Shown: positions 1 through 13,640 of the stretch, piece after piece | Position numbering within the stretch: position 1 is the first letter of the stretch | How the letters are laid out: every line of letters starts with the position of its first letter | Assembly: GCF_048593235.1 (NCBI RefSeq) | Contig: NC_133618.1 | Span: forward strand, 655,476,361-655,540,360 | Length of the DNA stretch: 64,000 bases | Direction: 5' to 3' | DNA from: Sminthopsis crassicaudata | Taxonomy: Eukaryota | The notes under the pieces: generated by a model | The model's database searches: none | Told to the model about the DNA's origin: nothing | What the model saw: only the letters and a program-made list of their open reading frames with translations | Made by a program: the position numbers and the translations under genes

Positions 1-77
1 ATCCCACGAGGGCATAGTATAAATGCAGAAAGGGGACCTACTTTACAGAGGAGAACATAGATACTAGCAGCACTTTT

Positions 78-570
78 TTGTTGTTCACTTATTTCAGTCA
101 TGTCCAATGCTTTGTGATCCCACAAGGGTTTTCTATGAAAATTTGCTATTGTTTTGGAATTTCTTTCTCTAGTTCATTTTACAGATGAGGGAACTAAGGA
201 AAACAGGGTGAAGTGGCTTGCCCAGGGTAACACAGCTAGTAATATTTGAGGCTGGATTTGAACTCATGAAAATGAATCTCTCTGACTTCAAAAATAGGGA
301 TCTATTTTCTATGTCATGCAGCTGCTCAAAAGTTGCAACTTCTATTTTTACAATCCCCAACATGTTTAGTCATTTTTTCGTTGGTTTCTGATACTTTTTG
401 ACCCCATTTGGGGTTTTCTTGGCAAAAATACAGGGGCAGTTTTGCTATTTCCTTTTCCAGCTCACTTTACATATGAGGAAACTGAGGCAATCAGGATGAG
501 GTGACTTTGAACTCAAGTCTTCCTGACTCTGGGGCCAGTGTTCTATCTGTTGTGCCACCTAGCTACACTA
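78..570 (-). mobile_element. Two adjacent MAR1/MIR-type CORE-SINEs
   Basis: Each shows CAGTCATGTCC…GACCCC…GGGTTTTCTTGGCAAA…CATTTTACAGATGAGGAAACTGAGGC…TTTGAACTC in antisense (about 78-330 and 365-570). Confidence 0.75.
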
Positions 571-699
571 GCAGCACAGCAAATGCAGTTCATAAAGGGG
601 TAGAATTTGAAGTTCCTTTAAAGAAGTCAAGTATTCTATGTTAGGGTGGGGAGATGGTCAGCTTAAATAAAACACATGGGACACAGAAATAAAGCCCAT

Positions 700-1230
700 G
701 GGACTGGGCTGGAGAGAACACAGGCAGGAGAGGCTGGAAAGGCAGGCTGCTGCTGAAAGACCCCAAAATCTAAGTGTAGAGGGTATTTGTCTTTTATGGT
801 AGGATAGTGGAGCAACTGGAACTTATGGAGCAGAAAAGTGACATGGTCAGCTCTGCACCAAAGGAAGATGATTTGGCCAATGGTGTGATAAGACACAGAG
901 AAAGCAACTGGGAGACTACTAACACGAGAGGCCGGAGACTAGGGGTCTGTGAGCCAGAATGATGGCTGGGTGAATGGAGAGAAAAAGACATATCTGAGGC
1001 ATGCTTTAGAACCAGAAATGGCAAATGATTGGAGACAGAGCGTGAAGGAGAGTGGGGAGTCAAGGGTAAGAGCGAGCAAGAGTGCTTCCCTGGGAGGCTG
1101 GCAGGGCAGGGGGAAGGATGCTGGGCAGGAACAAAGAAGTTCAAAAAAGAGATGGGTTCTGTTTTGGACATATTGAATTTGAAATATTCATGGGACAGTT
1201 AATCTGCCTCATAATTAATGATAAGAAATG
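700..1230 (-). mobile_element. L2 LINE fragment
   Basis: Purine-rich antisense L2 motifs (GTGACATGGTCAG…, GTTCTGTTTTGGACATATTGAATTTGAAAT). Confidence 0.6.
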
Positions 1231-1569
1231 GAGAAAAAAGTGTTATAGGAGATTGGGAGAAAAGAGAATGGTTAGAACAGCTTCTGCAGGAACTAAGAAA
1301 GAAAGCCAATGAAGGACAACTTGCAGCAGGAACTTGCACAGAACCTAGAAGCGGGATGAATCTGTGGTAGATGTAGCTCATTTTTTGATTTCTATGTGTC
1401 ATTCTACAGAATAGAAACAGGGAAAAAAGCTGAGAAAGGCCAGGCCATTAGAACATAAGTGCTAGAAGGTCCAACTGAACTAGAAAAACCTCAATAGGCC
1501 TCATGATGGTTTTTGTGCCTGCCATCAAAGAAAGGAGAGATAAATTAGGACATGATTTTTTGAGGTAGG

Positions 1570-1785
1570 TGGGTTGGATGGGGATGTCACCAAAATTCAT
1601 TAACTTGTTTTCTAAGAACTATTTTTCCTTTGATATTCTTGACAACGGGATTTCAATATAATTTGCTTTCTTTGTAAAGTTATATATTTTGATTTTATGA
1701 ATTTAAGCCTACTACTTTGCTAAGTCCCTAAGTTTCACATACTGCTAATGGGGTCCATGAAACAAAAATGGCTCAGAATTCCTGG
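1570..1785 (+). mobile_element. hAT-Charlie-type DNA transposon remnant
   Basis: TTTCAATATAATTTGCTTTCTTTGTAA…CATACTGCTAATGGGGTCCATGAAACAAAAATGGCTCAGAATTCCTG; same family as 17299-17889 and 63625-63849. Confidence 0.55.
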
Positions 1786-4602
1786 TGCTAGGATGGGGAA
1801 GGTTGGCCCTTGGATAGATAGAAGCAGTACCTTGTCTCCTATAGCACTTTGAACTTCCAGGAGAAGCTTGCAGCCACTGCAAGGTACTAGGTTAAAGATG
1901 GATTGATGTTAGCCAAAATGACTATAAAATAATTACATAGACATGTCAAGATTAATTCTACACTAAGATAGAACAATAGAGTTTACATGTTTTAGAAGAT
2001 AGGTAATTGAACTCAAGTGTTTCTAGAGCATTAGGTATGTGGAGACACCAGCATAGAAAGCCAAGAATGCTTCTGTGGCTAATTTGTAATAATTATCTCA
2101 AATTAGCATAGCGATTTTAATGTAAAAATTAGTTTCATCATTTTGGGGAGAATTAAATTATACAATGATTCCTCAGGTAGATTTGCTTGATTTATTACAT
2201 TATACTTCGCAATAGATAATGTATTTATTGATATTAAATATGAACAAAAGCTTGGCTTTATGAAGTAAAGATAGATTATAATCCATTAAAATCTCTCTCA
2301 ACAAAAAGGATGAAATCTTCCACAGGTTTGTGTGATAAACACTTTGGTGTCAAAACTAAGCCTCTTTATCATGATAACCCAGAGTAATGGTCTGCTGCTC
2401 CAGGCACTTTATCTACTTTACAGATGAAAAATCAGTTCTATTTTCATGGAATTAGATTAATGCCAAAACAGGAAATACTTCTGGGGCTGAACTTACTTCA
2501 AGACTGCAAAGCTGGCAGTAAATTTCAAGTACTTCCTGAATTCAAAAGATAAGAAAGGAAAAAAAAAAAAAAAAAGAGAAAAACAGTGGAGTGACCTGTT
2601 TTTTGAAGAAAAATATTGCTTCCTGAAAAAGCTGTCTAAAGCTACTTGCTGAGGGCATTCTGATCTAGAAGGCCTAGGGCAAATCTGGTTTAGTTGAACA
2701 TGAGGATTCTGGGTATATATCAGACAGCTGCTATAAATCTATTTCTTCAGTAATCCTTTTTGATAAACTTTTTCTTTAAGTAATCTTACTGGGCAAAAGC
2801 TAAAGTAATAACTTTCTCAGCTTTTAGCAAATACAAAACAGTTTGCTATTCTATGTACAATATATTAAAAACGATTACAGTCCTGTGTACTTTGAAAATT
2901 GCTGACCTTGAGCTCTAGAATTACATTTCAACTAAAAAGTAGAATCTAGGTAGCAAATCCAGTTGACACCTTACTATTCAAAAAAGAAATAGTAACTATT
3001 CTTATAAGAATATTATTGTATGAAAATTTGGGGGCATCTACTGATTGATTGGAATATGAAAAGGCAATGCCAATAGTAGATATGAATTTGAATGCAGCAC
3101 ACAGAGAAGTTAGAAGTCAGGCAACTTGGGGTCCCTTCCTGGTTCTGGCCACAGCTTGCCAAGATATAGGCTGAGACCTCAGTTTCCTTATCTTTATTTT
3201 GTATAAAATTAGATGATCACTGAAGTTTTTTCCAGGTCTAAAATAATGCTATTTTAAGAATTAGGTATAAAAGCCTTCTGGTCACAAATATATTTCCAAC
3301 TTATGATGCAAGCAAAGGATCACAGGAACCATATGAAAGAATAAATGAGCATTTACTAGGATAATTTAATAAATAAGCTTTTATTAAGTGTCTAACTGTG
3401 CTAACTCTGGAGATTCAAAGATAAGTTAAAAGAGGATATGCAGTGGAGATGAAAATACAAAAGGGAAGATATCTTCTATCCTGGAGGGGAATATTTTCTA
3501 GTTTTGGAAGACAAAACATAGATAGTGATAGACAGGAGGGAGGAGTGGTTTAGTTGGAGAAGTTATCAGGATGGTGGGTGGAGGTATTAGGTGACTAATT
3601 GAAATGTTCATTTCTAGGGATGGTAGTGCTAATTTAATTATTCTGAATTATTTCTAGAGCCCCAAAGGAGAAAGCAGGAGAGAGGCCTGATGAAGAACAT
3701 TATGATGAGTTGAGGTGGGGGCCTAAAGAGTGAAATCTTATGGGATAGATCAGGAGTGGAGAGCCTAAGGGTGGGGGGCAGCACAAGTGGTTATTTTAGA
3801 GGATCACAAACTGAGAGCTAGAAGAGTTCAGCCCTTTCATTTTAAAGATTAGGAAAGTAAGTTCAGAAGGTGAGCTGTCCTGTCAAATGCTATACATGTA
3901 GTATAACAAGTGGGATTTAAATTAGGTCTACTTATTCTGGAGAACATGCTTCTTTTTATTGTATTTAGAACAGAACTTAATTCAAGTCACTAAAAACATT
4001 ACTACCTCTTGTCACTAAAAATAAATGAAAAACAAGAATCAGTAATTATGCACCTAAGAGACAATGGACAAATTAGTTCTTAAAAGTGGAAAGAGAGAGA
4101 AGGTGAATTCACACATGTGACTTCAGTGAAGCTGATTTCTGCCTCTGGGTTTTAGTTTCCTCATCTATAAAATGACCTCAAGAGTGCCTTATAGCTTGAA
4201 ATCTAAGATCCTACAAAAGCTAAGGAGGGAAGGGAATCTAATCATATATAAGTATTTCAGTGCCTGAGGATTTTTTCCCCCTTACTTTTCAAAGGATTAT
4301 AGAAAGTCTTTTCACAATACAGAAAAGAACTATGACAACCACTAGTAGATACAAAAATATGTTACAGTCCCACTATGCATCACATATATTTTAATTGAAG
4401 ATTATAGAAAGACCTAAATAGCTGAAGGGTAAAGACAATCCAAATGTTTTGATTCTTCTCTACCCAGAAGCAAATAATCAAAAATGTCAGGATATATATA
4501 ATCAAAATGTCAGGATAGAGAAAAGTGTTATAATACCAATTGTCAATAACAATGGAATTCCTTCTTTAGAGAAACACTAGAACTAAACTCCTTCTGAATA
4601 TT

Positions 4603-5060
4603 TGTAGCGAGCTGTCGTCTCCAGAAGCTGCTGGATCGCTCTCTGGGAAGAGATCTGCTGTGTCTACTCAAATCTCTCAGACAGATTCTTCTTCCTGTAA
4701 CGAACCGTTGTCTCCAGGCAGTTGCTGTTAACTCTTGTCCAAAGAAGTGACTTCCCTTCCTGCAGAGAGCCCCGTCAAGCCTGATGCAATTCAGAGTCTT
4801 CTCTTGAATCCTGGCTCTGAATCTCCTCCAGCTCTTATCCTTCTCCAGGCCGACTCACTTTCCAGGCCCACTGTTCTCTTTTTTATTCTCCCAGAGAATG
4901 GGCGTGGGATAATGCAAGGGCTTCTGGGAAGAACCACCTCAGCCAATGAGCCTGCTCCTTCCATCAAGTCAACCTGAGTTCTCACCTTGTAATTGTCCAT
5001 CCTGAATTCTCACCTTGTCACTATCCAGACAACCCGAGTTCTCACTTAGTAATCCTAACA
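4603..5060 (-). mobile_element. Solo LTR (6-bp TSD, probably class II/beta-like ERV)
   Basis: TG…CA termini; perfect TSD AATATT at 4597-4602 and 5061-5066; three imperfect CCTGAGTTCTCAC repeats near the U3 end; retains several CpGs. Confidence 0.92.
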
Positions 5061-5936
5061 AATATTGAATTTGTAAATATGAAATTTTTGCTAACAGCAT
5101 TACTACCAGCTTGAAAACACTAAAATATATTGCAAAAATGTTTAATATCTATGATTTCCTTCTTACCATCAATGAGAAAACCTTAAGGATTACACCAAGC
5201 TGAGTATGTTTATGTTTGTGTGCATCAGATGAAGAAGTAGAATGGATGTATTTTAAAAATCAAATGAAAATAACAGAATTCTTTCCTTCTTTCTGAAATC
5301 ATTTATTGGATGCCTACAAAGTGCAAAACAAGATGTTACTCAGAGATATAGTCTTCCCTAATCACATCTTGAATAACTATAAAGATAAAAGTATGTCATA
5401 TTCAAAATGTTTTTCAAATTTTCTCAATTACAAGTTACATTTTAGGCTAATGCACTATTGAATATATCTGAACTGAATGAGACTAATGGAGAACACAGTG
5501 GCAGTATTTTTATGTCAACAAGGCAACAGGCGTTTATGAAGTGCCAGGTACTTTATGTAAATGTGTTTTTTTTTGTTTGTATTTGTGCATATACATATTT
5601 ATGACATATTTCAACATGAATACAAACTATTTATTCCATGAAGATAATCAAGTACTTCACCAAGACATATTTTTGTGACTATGGGAAGAAAGAAAACTTA
5701 TATTTAGTTTGGATTCATTCATATTCAAAGCACTCAAAGGGTCAGGTTTACTGTACTGTAATCTGACTGTGTGTGTATCTACCGATTTCTTTCATTATCC
5801 TTTTCATCACATGCATTTCATTGTAGACATTTTACTGATCCAGTGTCTCTGGTCATCTTCATATGAAAGAAAAAATAAAGATTCATATCTACAAAGACAA
5901 AAGTTTATGCTAACTTATTTATTAAACTACATAGTT

Positions 5937-5957
5937 AACAACAACAACAACAACAAC
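5937..5957. repeat. (AAC)7 microsatellite
   Basis: Read directly. Confidence 0.9.
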
Positions 5958-7519
5958 CAAAAAAACCCCAAAAAACTATTGCACCTTAGTTTTTCTACAG
6001 CTTTGGTAAAGCCTAGGGTGTTTTTTTTTTCCCCCTGCAGCTTCATGGAAGAAGGCACTGTTACGCAGGAGTTCTTCATTATAATGTTAGATTTAGGGCC
6101 CAGATTCTTAATATGGACATTTCTACGACTAGCATTGAACTGAATTATTGTTATAACCACCTCATTCAGCTACTGCAGCCATCATGAAGAAAAGGGGCTC
6201 CTCTCATTCTGATAATCACACTGATAAAGTCCCAAAGATTCCCAAAACTCCTTAGGGTTTGGTCAGAAATATCATCCTATTCATTTAATATTTATCTCTT
6301 ATAAAGTTTTGATGCAGTGTATTGTTTGAAAAACCACAGAAGAAATTAATAATTTATAGATAAAATAAAGTTTCGGGATCCCCTGTACTTATACCACTAA
6401 CTTAGGGAAAATCATCCCATGACAAATCTGCCCTATTCCTTGTTCCATGTAAGAAAGATAAATTCTCAGTCACAGTGAGAGATGAAAGCTACCTATTGTC
6501 ATCCAGCCTGCTAATATATATTCTGAACTGCAAGAGCTTCATATACTGGAGAAACACAATTTACATTTTCTTCAAATTCTTGCTATGGGGTCAAGGTATT
6601 TAGATCAGAGTTTGTGAGTACCAATTCACATAATATTTTTCTATATCTGGACATCTATAGACTACCAGACTATATATTCTTCCTTCTTTTCCTATGTCAT
6701 ATGTGTGGGTGTATTTCATATGTGTATATGAAAAAAATATATATATACACACACACATTCATACTGCATTTTAGCAGTATGCATTTCAATGATATTCTTA
6801 AAGGAGGAATTTTTATGCTCTGGAAAATCATTGTAAAGTGGCATGAAATTCACCCTTCCATCTAGGTAAGAAGAAACACCTAGAAAACTGTGGTCTGGAA
6901 GATGCTGTGGTTGCTGGAGTTGAAAGGGAAGATACTGGTGGGAGAAAGGCATGAAATCACCCTCACATAGAATCTTATATGTTGGAGATAGGAAGAAGGT
7001 TCCAGGAATATTAGGTGAACCTCTACTTGGAAAGTTAAAGGGAGGACATGGACAGGATTGCCATATGATGAGCAGACACAGAAGAGTTTCAGTCTCTGTG
7101 TTGCAGGGGCAATCTACTTTTGCACTGTTATACATTACAACCCATCATGCATTGTACTATGATATAGCCAAATTAGCCTTCTCAATGTTGTACAGAATAC
7201 AAACTCCTGAAAAACTCTTTCATTTTTGTCTTTGCATGTCCAATACTTAGCATAGTGCATGACACATGGTAAGTGCTTGATGAATACCAGCTAATTCAAT
7301 AGACTGACCCATCATCTATCATATCACTCAATCTCCTAAATGAAAAGAGAAGTTTCTCCATTCTAGCAAGAGATTTTTTGGCAGAGATTATGTGAGAGTT
7401 CAATACCTAAAGCAGAAAGAGCACAACTAAAGAGATTTTCACATGATTCTAGGATAATTATTTATTCTAGGGCTCTGGCTGCCTTTGAAAGAGCATTCTT
7501 TTTGAGTCTTACTCCTCTC

Positions 7520-7810
7520 TACATGCTCTGACATTATTTCTGTTCCATGCACACAACACTATTGCCTGATAGTGATGTATTTTCTTTGGCTGTCCCCCCC
7601 TCTTACTGGAATGCTCTCTCTCTCTCTCCTCATCTCTACCTCCCAACTTCCCTATTTTCCTCCAGTTTTCAGTTAAAGTTCTACCTTCTGCTAAAAGTCC
7701 TTTCTAATTTTCCTTAGTCTTACTGCTTCCCTTTGAGTCAGTCATCAATTTAGCCTCCATATGTCTTGCTGGAATATAGCTGTCTTCTCCAGCAGACTGT
7801 GAATTCATTG
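7520..7810 (+). mobile_element. L2 LINE 3' fragment
   Basis: TGGAATGCTCTC…TCTACCTCC…AGACTGTGAATTCATTGAG, typical of the L2 3' end. Confidence 0.55.
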
Positions 7811-9399
7811 AGACCAAAAAGGTATAGATGTCTTCAGGGGAACCCAATCCGTGAATGTGAATAACTTAATGTAAAGAATATAAAGTCCAATATGTAATTC
7901 ACAAATAAAAAGCAACTTAACTAGCAGTGTCGCTGTTTTCTCTAGTTCATGAGTATATGAAAATCCTTCTACCTTTATTTAGAAGCATATAATTGAATTG
8001 AAGCCTTTTTTCTCATGCTCTTAGACCACAAGTGCTACAATATTTAAAGCACAAGACCTTAAGATTTGAAATACTAATGATGCTGTTCAATAGAAATTCA
8101 ATTTAGGTAAAGGAAGTAAAGGAGAAAAAAACTGCTTATTGAATTAGCACAACAATATCAAAAAAAAGCTAATTCAAATTTTAAATCTACAATGATAAAC
8201 AACTACATTATTTTGTTAATTCTATCCACAGAGTAAATGAACTACTCCAATGATATTTATCTGATTTCTATTCTTTCTCCACACTTCTACCTCCTCCTTT
8301 TTTGGGAGATTAGGGGATAAAGACAGAGTGAATGTATCATAAGGGCAAACTCCATAATTCCAATTTCAAACCTTATTTATTAATTTTTTTAAGTTACTAA
8401 AATTAAAAATGAGTATATTTGATATAAAAACATCCTTGCACAAAAGAATATGGAATGTTGCTATGTGTAAAGGGCTAGTAAATATTTTTTCAAAGTTAAG
8501 AGTTTAGATGGGTGATTTAATTGGTTTACTTACATTCTATGTAATGAATATAATGATTAATTAGAAAATAACAATGAAAAATGAGAACTTTCTGGGCTTA
8601 GTAAATATTCTGTACTTTTATAAAAGTTTCAACTATGGAGAAATCAAAGTCTATTTTCAATCCAAAAAGGTAGTCAATCAATCCTTAACATAATGCTATT
8701 TTGGAATTAAAAATAATTATGGTTATCTTCTAGTGTTCTTAAAAGAAAAGCTATTTAACTTTTCCTTTAGGAACAATTTTTTTTTTTAATCATGAATAGT
8801 GAATATAGTAAAATTATTTGGTAAAACAATCCAATTCTTACTTATTTCAACTAGCATCCCATAGAAAATGCTTTATGATGACATTAAAATTCCTTCTTTC
8901 ACTGTTACTTAACTATTTTGCTTTGGTTAATATTCAGGATTATATAATATCTGTGGAACACATAAGAAATCTTGATCATTCTAGATCCATGGTCTTTATT
9001 TATTTATTTTTTGTTAAAGCTTTTTATTTTCAAAACATATGCATGGATAATTTTCAACATTCACCTTTACACAACTTTGTGTCTATTGTCATTATTTATT
9101 CTATCTTTAGAAGACACTCTTAACCTAATTCCTTTATAGATGTGTTACTAATGCAGATGCACAAAAAGAATTCCCTGCTGACACTATTCTACTTACCTTC
9201 ACTCCCCAGTTCCTCAGTGTGGGAATACAAAAGCCATACATATTACTGATACTCCATTTTACCCTACACTTCATCCCTTCCAAGACAAAAACAAAATTAT
9301 GTTCAGATATAATTCCTATAAAGTTTAATTGAAATAATTCATCCTTCTATCTTTTGGATGGAAAACTTCCACATCTTGATTCCCTTATTCTTCTGAGAC

Positions 9400-9580
9400 A
9401 TGAGTCAATTTGCTGGGGCAAAAATCCTTTCCTCCTTCTACCTATCTCTTCACTTCCAAAGACTTAAAAGCTCTTTCAAGCCATTTTCCCTGCTCCTATT
9501 CCATTATGTCTTCTATGATGTGCTCTGTTGATCCTACTCTTCCTCATCTGTGTTCTCTCTCCTAGGTTAACCAGATGGTC

Positions 9581-9611
<31 letters not shown>

Positions 9612-10460
9612 TCTTTAGTTGATTTGATTCAATTGATTTCACTGCTGATTTTGACTTAAGTTTATCAATTTCTCCTTTCTTCCCTTGGCACTAGAAATAT
9701 TTTTAGGTGATTTTTTTCTTGCACCTAAGTGAAAATTTCTTTTTACCCTCCTTTTCTAAATCATTATCCACCTACTATTCAATAATTTTACTTCTGTAAA
9801 CTCTGTCCTGGACTAACTTTTTTCTCTATATTATTTCAGTGATTTCATCATGTATTCAATTGACATTTTTATGCAGATGACTCCCATTATCTATACAGCT
9901 AATACTAATTTTTTTCTTCAGCTTCATGTTCATATTGCCAATTGCTACACGTAACTACTCAGGTCAGCTTCTCAGACTAAACAGTTCCAAAAAAAGAACT
10001 CAGTATGTATTTTTTTCAGATCACTATAAGTCTTTTTAGTCACAACGTCTATGAATCATCCTTTATTCTTCTTTTCCTTGCCCATTATATAGTCAATCAG
10101 CTACCATTTCTTGAGGGGAAATAGATAGGACAATTCTTTCATTTGTCCCTTTCTTTCTAATCACATGGCCAATATTCTACCCCAGGTCTTCATGATCTCT
10201 CACTTGAACTATGGCATCAGTATATTCATTGAACTTTTTGCCACTAATCTCTTTCTTTGATTTATATGGCTATCAAATTAATTTTCTTAACACTGCTCTA
10301 AAACATCACTCTCCTATTCAAAAATATTATTGGCTCCTGATTACCTCCAGATTACATTGCAAAGTCCATAAACTAGAACTTCAAGCCTTCTAAAAATCTC
10401 ATCCTTAGCCTACCTTTTAAAACTTACTTCATTCTATTTGTCCTCCATGAATTCTATGTG
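9400..10460 (+). mobile_element. L2 LINE ORF2 fossil
   Basis: Pyrimidine-rich L2-like sequence with RT motif TAT GCA GAT GAC TCC (YADDS) at about 9870-9884; interrupted by a T-tract. Confidence 0.7.
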
Positions 10461-10504
10461 GCCTTTCCATCACTTCATAGGCTCTCTCCCTCCTCCTCCT
10501 CCTT

Positions 10505-11120
10505 TTTTTTTAAATTTTCAAAACATATGCACAGATTAATTTTTCAACATTGACTCTTGCGTAGCCTTGTGTTTCAGATTTTCCCTTCCTACCTTCCCAG
10601 ATGTATTATATATTATACATGTTAAAATACAGGTTAAATTCAGTATGTGCAAACATATATATAATTTTTTTTTTTTCTGCGACAATTAAGTGACTTTCCT
10701 AGGGTCACAGAGCCAGGAAGTGTTAAGTGTCTGAGGCCACATTTGAACTCAGGTCCTCCTGACTTCAGGGTTGGTGCTCTATCCACTGTGCCACCTAGTT
10801 GCCCCTATGTAAACATATTTATACAATTCTCTTGCTGCACAAGAAAAATCAGATCAAAAAGGAAAGAAAATGAGTAAGAAAACAAAATGTAAGCAAATAA
10901 CAAGAATAAGAGTGAGAATGTTATGTTGTGATCCACATTTAGTTCCCACAGTCCTCTCTCTGAGTGTAGATGGCTCTCTTCATCACAAGATCATTGGAAT
11001 TGGCATTGTTCATCTCATAGTTGGAAAGAGTCGCATTCTTCAGAACTGATCATCATATAAGATTGATATTGCTATGTATAAAGATCTCCTGGTTCTGCTC
11101 ATTTCATTTAGCATCAGTAC
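10505..11120 (-). mobile_element. L1 3'UTR fragment interrupted by a SINE
   Basis: Matches the reverse complement of the L1 3'UTR seen at 30500-30930 (TTGTGATCCACA…GATGGCTCTCTTCAT…GATCATTGGAA). Confidence 0.8.
10665..10805 (-). mobile_element. WSINE1-type short CORE-SINE nested in an L1 fragment
   Basis: Minus strand reads GGGGCAACTAGGTGGCACAGTGGATAGAGCACC…GAGGACCTGAGTTCAAAT… (tRNA-derived A and B boxes) with a poly(A) tail. Degenerate TSD (TATGTGCAAACATATATATA / TATGTAAACATATTTATA). Confidence 0.85.
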
Positions 11121-12320
11121 ACTTAGGGAAATACAAATTAAAAACATAATTCTTATATAACACTAATACACAAATCTCAATTGTGTTCTCCTGACAATGC
11201 ACACATGCCTGGAGAGAGAGTAAGCACAGGTAAAGTAAAAAAAAAATATACATGCAGGGAACATAGGTAGTCCATACAATTCAGAACTCTAGAAGTATAG
11301 AATTTAATGCTTTCTTCTAATTTTGAGAATATTTATAAAAGTTCTTTATAAGTGCAGTTTATATATTGAAAAGATACTTCCACTGCTAACTGAGCAGATG
11401 CATAGCAGGCTTGATTAGCATCAGACTAGAAACAAAAAACCAGTTGATCCACAAAGGACTTCTCTGTTTCTCTATTTCCAAGTTGTTTCTTTGCTCAGCT
11501 AGATTTATTCATTATCAATAACTATAATCCCTATCACTTCTAGCTTCAAACTTAGTTGTATAGTTTTAAAAATATGTCCTCACACTTCCTTCACTTCCCC
11601 AACTTTTCTTTATAATTTTCTTAGTTAAGATGATGTCTTGTTTGTGAACAACTCTATGTTAACCTATGGTTGGAAACCAAATTTTCAATTTTTGTCAAGA
11701 ATGAGCTGTATTAATCTGTTCTCATAACAAATGAACTCTCTGGTACCTATATTTGCCCAGAACCAAAAATTCTCTGGCTTTTCAAGTTTTTCATATGCAA
11801 ATCACAGAAGCAAGTAGCATTTCCTATTCCCTACAAAGTACATAAAACTGTTCTCCAAAGAGAGTTTTGAATCAAGCTTAATTCAGTATCTATTTTACTT
11901 ATAACTCTGGCCTATATCTATGCCTCCAAAATGAAATGTTAAGGATTTACTCCCTTATAACTATATGCCAATGGAACTGGTCAGATCCCTGCTCCCCAAA
12001 TTTGATATCAGATTACCATGTCTTGGTATAGCTGATTCTCCAATATAGTAGTCATTCTTCTCTACTCCTTCTTAGAATTCTTAGCTTCCTATAAGATGAA
12101 TCTGTGAAGACCTTTCTGATACCTAAGTTATCAGTTATAGTTCCCACAAAATTATTATGTGTTTATTTGTCAAAGTATAGAATGTATACCTCTCCAAGTA
12201 AGATTGAGAGTATTAGCATTTTTTGCATTTGTTTTTTCATTCTTTTCATCATTGTTAAGTTAATGGCAATTTTGTCTTTGAGGTCTTGCACATATATTTA
12301 TATATGTATGTATGTATACT

Positions 12321-12570
12321 GGGCAGCTAAATAGTATAGTAGATACACTGTTGGGTCTGAGGTCAGGTAAACTCATCTTCCTGAGTTCAAACTTGGTCTC
12401 AGACACTATATCTGTGTAACACTGCGCAAAACACTTAATCCTGTTTGCCTCAGTTTCCTCCTCAGTAAAATAAACTGGATAAGGAAATGGCAAACCTCGA
12501 TTATCTTTGCTAAGAAAATCCCAAAAAGGGGTCAAGAAGAGTCAAACATGAATGAAATGACTGAGTAAAA
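12321..12570 (+). mobile_element. MAR1-type CORE-SINE
   Basis: GGGCAGCTAAATAG…CTGAGTTCAAAC…CCTCAGTTTCCTC…GGAAATGGCAAACC…CTTTGCTAAGAAAATCCC…GACTGA. Confidence 0.8.
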
Positions 12571-12889
12571 ACAAATATATACATATAAAAATCTGTGTGT
12601 ATGCATATATATATGTGTGTGTATGTTGGAATACATTAGGTACATCTTACCCGGTATATTAGTTTTCATAGTATTATACAATAATACCACCAAAAATGAT
12701 ATACTTTAGGCATACTTGGTAATATGGTAAGCAAGATAAAATGAGTAGAACACAAACACAATGACTAAAACTATGAAAAGGAAAGCTCACAGGCTCTTGC
12801 CTGTGAAAAGAAAATTGATAAATTCAAGAAAAAGTTTGAAAGAGATAGATTGACAAATCCTTTCTTCAAAGCTTTGAGGTTTTATTAAA

Positions 12890-13640
12890 GCATATTTATT
12901 TAGTGCACATTATGGGTCAATCAAAAAAGGCAAAAATAGTTCTTATCCTCAAGGAGTTTGCAGTTTACAGGAAGACAACATTCAAACATATAAGTACAAG
13001 CTATATACATGATTTATAAATAATTAAGAGAGAAACAGCATGCTCATTAAGAGGATTAGGAGGATGGATTTTAGTTGAGACTTAAAGGAAATAAGGTAAA
13101 GCAAAAGAGGGAATACATTCCAGACATGAGGACAGTCAGAAGAAAATGCCCTGAATCAAGAGTGTTTTGTTTTGTTTATGGAAGAGTCAGGAGGCCAGTG
13201 TCATTGGATCAAAGAATTCATCTGTAGCTGGAAATGAGGAATGAGAAGACTGGAAAGGTTGGAAAGGGTTAGGTTATAAAGGATTTTGAATGTCAAAAAG
13301 AACATTTTATATAAGCTCTTAGAGGAAGAGAGTCAGTGGAGTTCCCTAAGTCACATCACAAACCTGTATTTTTGGAAAATCATTTGGATACATTTGAAAG
13401 ATATTTTTAAAAAGGTGAAATCGACAGACCTTGGAAACAGACTGGATATGATAACTGAGCTAGGATGCAGGTGGGGGAGAGAGGACTTCAAGATGACTCC
13501 AAAGTTATAAGGAAGTTGGTGTTGGGCTCAACAGTAACAGGGAAGATGGGAGAACAGAAGGCTTATGGGAAAAGATGACAGACAAGTTTTGTTTTGGACA
13601 TGAGCTTAAGATGCTTGTGGGCATTCAGTTGACTGAAGAC
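12890..13640 (-). mobile_element. L2 LINE 3' portion
   Basis: Antisense L2 tail (CATTTATT…AAAAAGGCAAAAATAGTTCTTATCCTCAAGGAG) followed by purine-rich antisense L2 body. Confidence 0.7.

Noticed and set aside
4477-4520. Short local tandem duplications (AATCAAAAATGTCAGGATA x2; also near 31125, 46030 and 48165)
   Set aside because: Ordinary slippage duplications with no further structure.
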